Assembly (NCBI GenBank): GCA_973895155.1
Contig: OZ316892.1
Coordinates: 12,092,238-12,156,237 of the forward strand
Direction: 5' to 3'
Length of the DNA: 64,000 nt
Source: Marsupella aquatica
Taxonomy: Eukaryota; Plantae; Marchantiophyta
The translations under genes were made by a program, and so were the position numbers. The notes under the pieces are model-generated. The model worked only from the letters and a program-made list of their open reading frames with translations. It was not told the DNA's origin and ran no database searches. Shown here one piece after another: positions 59,601 to 64,000 of the stretch. Position 1 is the stretch's first letter, and the number at the start of each line of letters is the position of its first letter.

Positions 59601-60889
59601 TCAAGAAGGTCACCTGAAAGTTGCGCGTACAGCTTGAAGATGGAGCAGCCCAATCGGCTTCCAATCGATGAGCAACGAGCACAACTCCACTGTGAGTAGA
59701 CTGTCTTTGCAATGCCTCCGCGAGCTTAAGGAGCCACTACAGTCCACCTTCCGCAACAATCGCCTTCCGCATGGATCGCCTTCCTCAGCGATTTCCTTCC
59801 GTAGTCCACCTTCTGCAGGAGCATGCAAGTCCACCTTCCGCAGCAGCAGGTTGGTCACTTGTGGATTAGTCAAACTTGGAACCTTAGCTCTCCTCCCACC
59901 AAACTCCCACCACTGTCCGACCACACAAGCTTTGGTCCGCAACCGCAATGGCGCACAACTCCTCCCCTCAGCTAAACCCTCAGCGCCTCAGTCCCCAGAT
60001 CACAGCTCCTCCCGGACTGCAACTCACTGAAAACGTAAGCACTCAGGATTGCCCTTGACAATGTTGCCGTTGCGCTACACATTGCCCTTTCGCAGCCACA
60101 ACCTTCTTCGCCCTACCAGCACAACCCTCTTCGCCCTACCATCACATTACGCGCGGGAAGGGAAGTCTGCAATCATCGCAAAAGTGGGCAACATGAAAAA
60201 GGAAAACCCTACGTAAAACCCCGAACCTTGGACCCCTCACGTTCTAAGTCCAATGACGATGGCCCGAACACTCCAAAGTCACTCCCAAAGTGAAGTTTAG
60301 TGCCTCTTTACCAAATTAGGGGACTTAAGTCATTAAGGGGAGCCTTACCGTTTGAGTGAGCCGTTGAGTGTCACCCAAAGTGAGAGTTGAGTGTCACCCA
60401 AAGTGAGACACCACTACAAAGTGTTACTGCATGGCCATCTTGGATATGTTACTGATTTTTCTTGGCTTGGAAAACTTCAATAAAGCGGGATCATGCTAGC
60501 CCAAAAATCTTGGGTATGCGTGCACACCGGTTCTTGGCTTGGCAAACTTGAATAGAATGGGATGTTGGTGAAGCCCAGCACCCTTTGGAAAACCCCAAAC
60601 GCCCAACCCAAGACCCCACCCCCTTGCTTAGGCCACCAAGTAATCAATGAGATTCTCCCGTGCCCACAAGTTAAGCGTTAACCCACGCCCTTAAACTTGA
60701 TTAGGGTAAGAAGGCCCTTACCGTTGGGGTGTGAAGTTGACCACAACGACTCTAAATGTGAAGCATAAGCCCCTCACCCCGTGAAGATGTAACCCCCCCC
60801 CCCCCCCACGCTTGACATATAAACCCCCCTAAACCCCATTTAGTGACCCCCCACACCCTTGACATATAACCGGCACACCCTTGAGATAT

Positions 60890-63800
60890 CACTAGTACAA
60901 AACAAGGTTCTTTATGACCGCAATAATGACTATTTATATGGTCTTTTCAACAAAACAATGACGCAGTCATTCTCGTCTTTCCAGACGCGTCACAACGGAC
61001 ATTTTGGTCACGGTCCTTTCGGACAAATGACGCAAAAAACATGTGGTCATTTTATACCGTCTGAAATGACTTAATTTATGATTTGGTCATAAATGGTGAA
61101 CGGTCTGAAATGACCAAAAAACCACCGTCAACGGTCAATCACCGTTCACCGTCGATTGTATCCGTACCCAATTATATAATGCCACGTGGCAATTAAAAAA
61201 CAAAGATCATTTGTCATTTTGGACTTGTCCAAAATGACGCACAATATGTAACAAATCAAGGAGTGACATGTGGCTCAAAGGATTTTAACCATGTGGCAAT
61301 AAATTTGGGTCATTTTGGACGTGTCCAAAATGACTACATTATAGACAAGTCATATATAGACACATGGTTAAATTGGGAAGAAACGCGTAGAGATACACAC
61401 TGGTCATTAATGACATGTCTGGAATGACTTGAAAAGAGTCATATTGGACACATTTATATATGTCTATAATGACCATAAGATCAGTCATTTTATATGTCAG
61501 TAAGGCTATGTCTTTAATGACTTGAGGTGGGTCATATATTGGATGCAATTACAGAAGTTCATGATGACCATTAGATCAATCATTTTATATGTCATTCAAG
61601 TCATGTATTCAATGACTTGGAGTTATACAAATTTAAATGGTCATATTGGACAAAAATTCATGTCATTCAAAAATCATACACTACAAAGTCATTCAATAGA
61701 TTTGCTGAATGAAACACTAAAGAGACATTCTATACCTAATGAATCCAATTGATATTCATACAAGATACATTCTTAAGTCCCACAATAGTTATTGAACACA
61801 ATAGTTATTCAACTCAATGCAAATTTATGAAGAAAACAGACATTGAGAAAAAGCATACACAATATTATTAGATGTATATCAAGTGCTGCAATCTGAAATA
61901 CCTAACAACTCTGAATGTGTGTAGAAAAACAAAGTTGTCATTCTCATTCTACAAAACCTACTTCTATCATGTCTAGTGTTTCTTGGCCCATGACTGCTTC
62001 TACTGCTTCTTGAGCAATCTAGAGTTCCACAGGGCATTCATCCCCTTCACATGAGATAACTTAGACTGGTTCTCCCCAGCATTAGCAAATGACAATGCCA
62101 CATCTACAAACACTTCAATCACACGCACTCAGAAGAAAGGACCATCCATGTAGTCATCATGCTTGCCAACTCCTTCATAGTGCCTTTCAACTCATCAACA
62201 TCCAATTTCACAACCCCAATGGCACTGATCTCTTCTTTTGAATGTGGGGTCTGTAAATGACTCACAAGCCAACACAACATTCTCACTGTCAAACTAACAA
62301 GAATTTGATCACAGCAAGATGTGTATTGAAGCAAAGGCAATCCTATATGTCACACACAGAACTTGTAAGTTCGTAGCTGATCATGAATTTTTCTTTGCAG
62401 TCACCATAAACCATAAAAACCAGGTGCCACAAAATATACCACATGAGGAAGCGGGATCAGAGACTTACAGAGGGGTCAGACACTTCATGCTGGTGGATGT
62501 AGCTACGATGTGATTCAAAAACCCAGTTACATCTTGAATTGAAGTAGTGACAGCCACCTCCAAGGACAACAACCAAATAAGAAAGCATGATATTAGATAA
62601 CTGTAGAACTATTGATTTTGTGATAACCATTTACTGCTAAGATTAAAACATACCAACTTACAACATAGTTGGGCAGAGCCTTGGGTGGTAGAGCTCTTAC
62701 AACTTGCTTGTTCAGTCGAGTCCCCTTCCTTAGCAACTGTGAAAAATGGAAGCTCGCCAAGTGATTGTTAATGGTCAAAATTCCACCCTCCACTTCAGAC
62801 AAAGATAGGTAGTACCCCCAATGATCCATAGAGCACAAGTGCATACCTTAGAAGACCAATCTGTCAAGTCCAGCTAAGAGAAAATTAAGTAGTAACTCTC
62901 TGACTTTAGCTGGAATAAATTTGAATATTTTGCACATCTCATTGCTGGCTTAGTTTGAATGACGTATCTTCTATGACATAATTACAAAATATGATACAGG
63001 CCCAAGTTTTGCATGGGATTGTGCACACAAAACTATTCAGAGATGATCATCACCATGTGCATGCCAAACAAGATAGGAGATTCCTAGCATAAAGTAATAC
63101 ACACAGCTGCTGCAGACCGTTCTCAACACTTCTTCAAAATACAAGATTCTTGATGATAACCAAAAGTGGCCCAGTTTCTTTGAAAATGACCTATGCTCGT
63201 GATGTATTGGTCGCCTTTGAAAATAGTGAGAATAACAAAATAGAATTTAAGAAATGAGGAAAGCCAAACCAAACAATTCAAGATGAGATATGCGGGCGCT
63301 ACATCACTATGTGGCCTACCTGTTATGGATTTCTGGCCACTCGTGTTGGGACAGGGTGTCAATTTTTTCTACAGGGCCTCCACCTTTGTTTAAAGCTCCA
63401 CAGCCTGAAATAACCACTTCCAAACATTACCAAGAAAAACAATTATTCTTCACGCACAACGGTCTCCACCATAAAACCAAAATAAGATTACTACAATTAT
63501 TCTCCAGGCACAACCGCTTGCACCAATAGGGCACTACTTCAATCATTACCACACATATTGTTATTGAAGAAGTCACCACACAAATTTATGTAGGCTGCAA
63601 GTCCTGGGTGAGAGCTGCAAAACATATAATAAAACTTCTGAGATTGAAAACTGTTCAAGATTTATTCTTCGCAGGACTTTTCCAAAAAGTGTGAGCGGAG
63701 CTGCAACGATGTAAGCTTTTCAGATTAAAAAATGTTTGCATCATCAAAAAGTGCTTTTCTAAAAGATGGGAGTATTGTATAGTTCTATAATCAAACGTAG

Positions 63801-64000
63801 AGCTACAGTGATGTAAGCTTTTGAGATTGAATAACTATTTGAGATTACAAAAATGTTCCCATCCCGAAGAAGGGCGTTTCTAAAAGATGTGAGTAGTACT
63901 GTACATTCCTGTAATCAAAAGTCAAAAACATCCACTATATTGGAACCAAAATTATCACAGGATTCTTGTCACATAGCTATCATATCACATAGCTTGAATG
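60890..64000. mobile_element. CACTA family B, left end, nested in family A
   Basis: CACTAGTACAAAACAAGGTTCTTTATGACC at 60890 preceded by TAT, with dense ATGAC/GTCAT subterminal motifs at 60910-61700. The TIR matches the one at 3842-3871. Confidence 0.88.

Larger units (their letters stand above)
44497..60889 (-). mobile_element. CACTA family A element of autonomous type with cargo genes; it continues past the nested family-B element
   Basis: TIR CACTAGTAGAAACCGGGG at 44497 preceded by GTA, AACGACT/AGTC subterminal motifs at 44530-44830, and Tnp2 and TnpA genes. Confidence 0.9.

Noticed and set aside
61900-64000. Possible captured exons in the family-B interior
   Set aside because: Short minus-strand ORFs with exon-like composition, but no recognisable protein family, so no call can be supported.

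Overview
This is eukaryotic, almost certainly land-plant, heterochromatin made almost entirely of nested transposable elements. No intact host gene is recognisable. Positions 1-5494 hold three stacked CACTA right ends (families B, A and D) sitting inside a truncated Ty1/copia (5495-~7120). From ~7.9 to ~37.9 kb lies a large degenerate DNA transposon. It has a plus-strand DDE (Sola/DUF7869-like) transposase and, head-to-head with it, a minus-strand gene or gene cluster with ParB-like, beta-class amino-DNA-methyltransferase-like, Ulp1 SUMO protease and FCP1/SCP-type HAD phosphatase domains. At least 12 copies of a 21-bp palindrome (TCTACRCGAG-N-CTCGYGTAGA) are dispersed along this element. Two insertions interrupt it: a 9.4-kb RT-less element with a 1211-aa PMD-like/coiled-coil ORF, and a full-length copia (344-bp LTRs, TGCAT TSD). 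From 44497 a CACTA (family A) carries Tnp2/TnpA plus four co-oriented cargo ORFs: a Cys/His-rich protein, an EDM2-type PHD module, a tandem BRCT protein and an F-box protein. Part of that cassette is also present inverted at 42.1-44.5 kb, and a family-B CACTA is nested at 60890. The two best candidates for undescribed systems are the CACTA EDM2-PHD/BRCT/F-box cassette and the ParB/MTase transposon with dispersed palindromes. All protein family calls come from motif recognition by eye and were not checked by database search.
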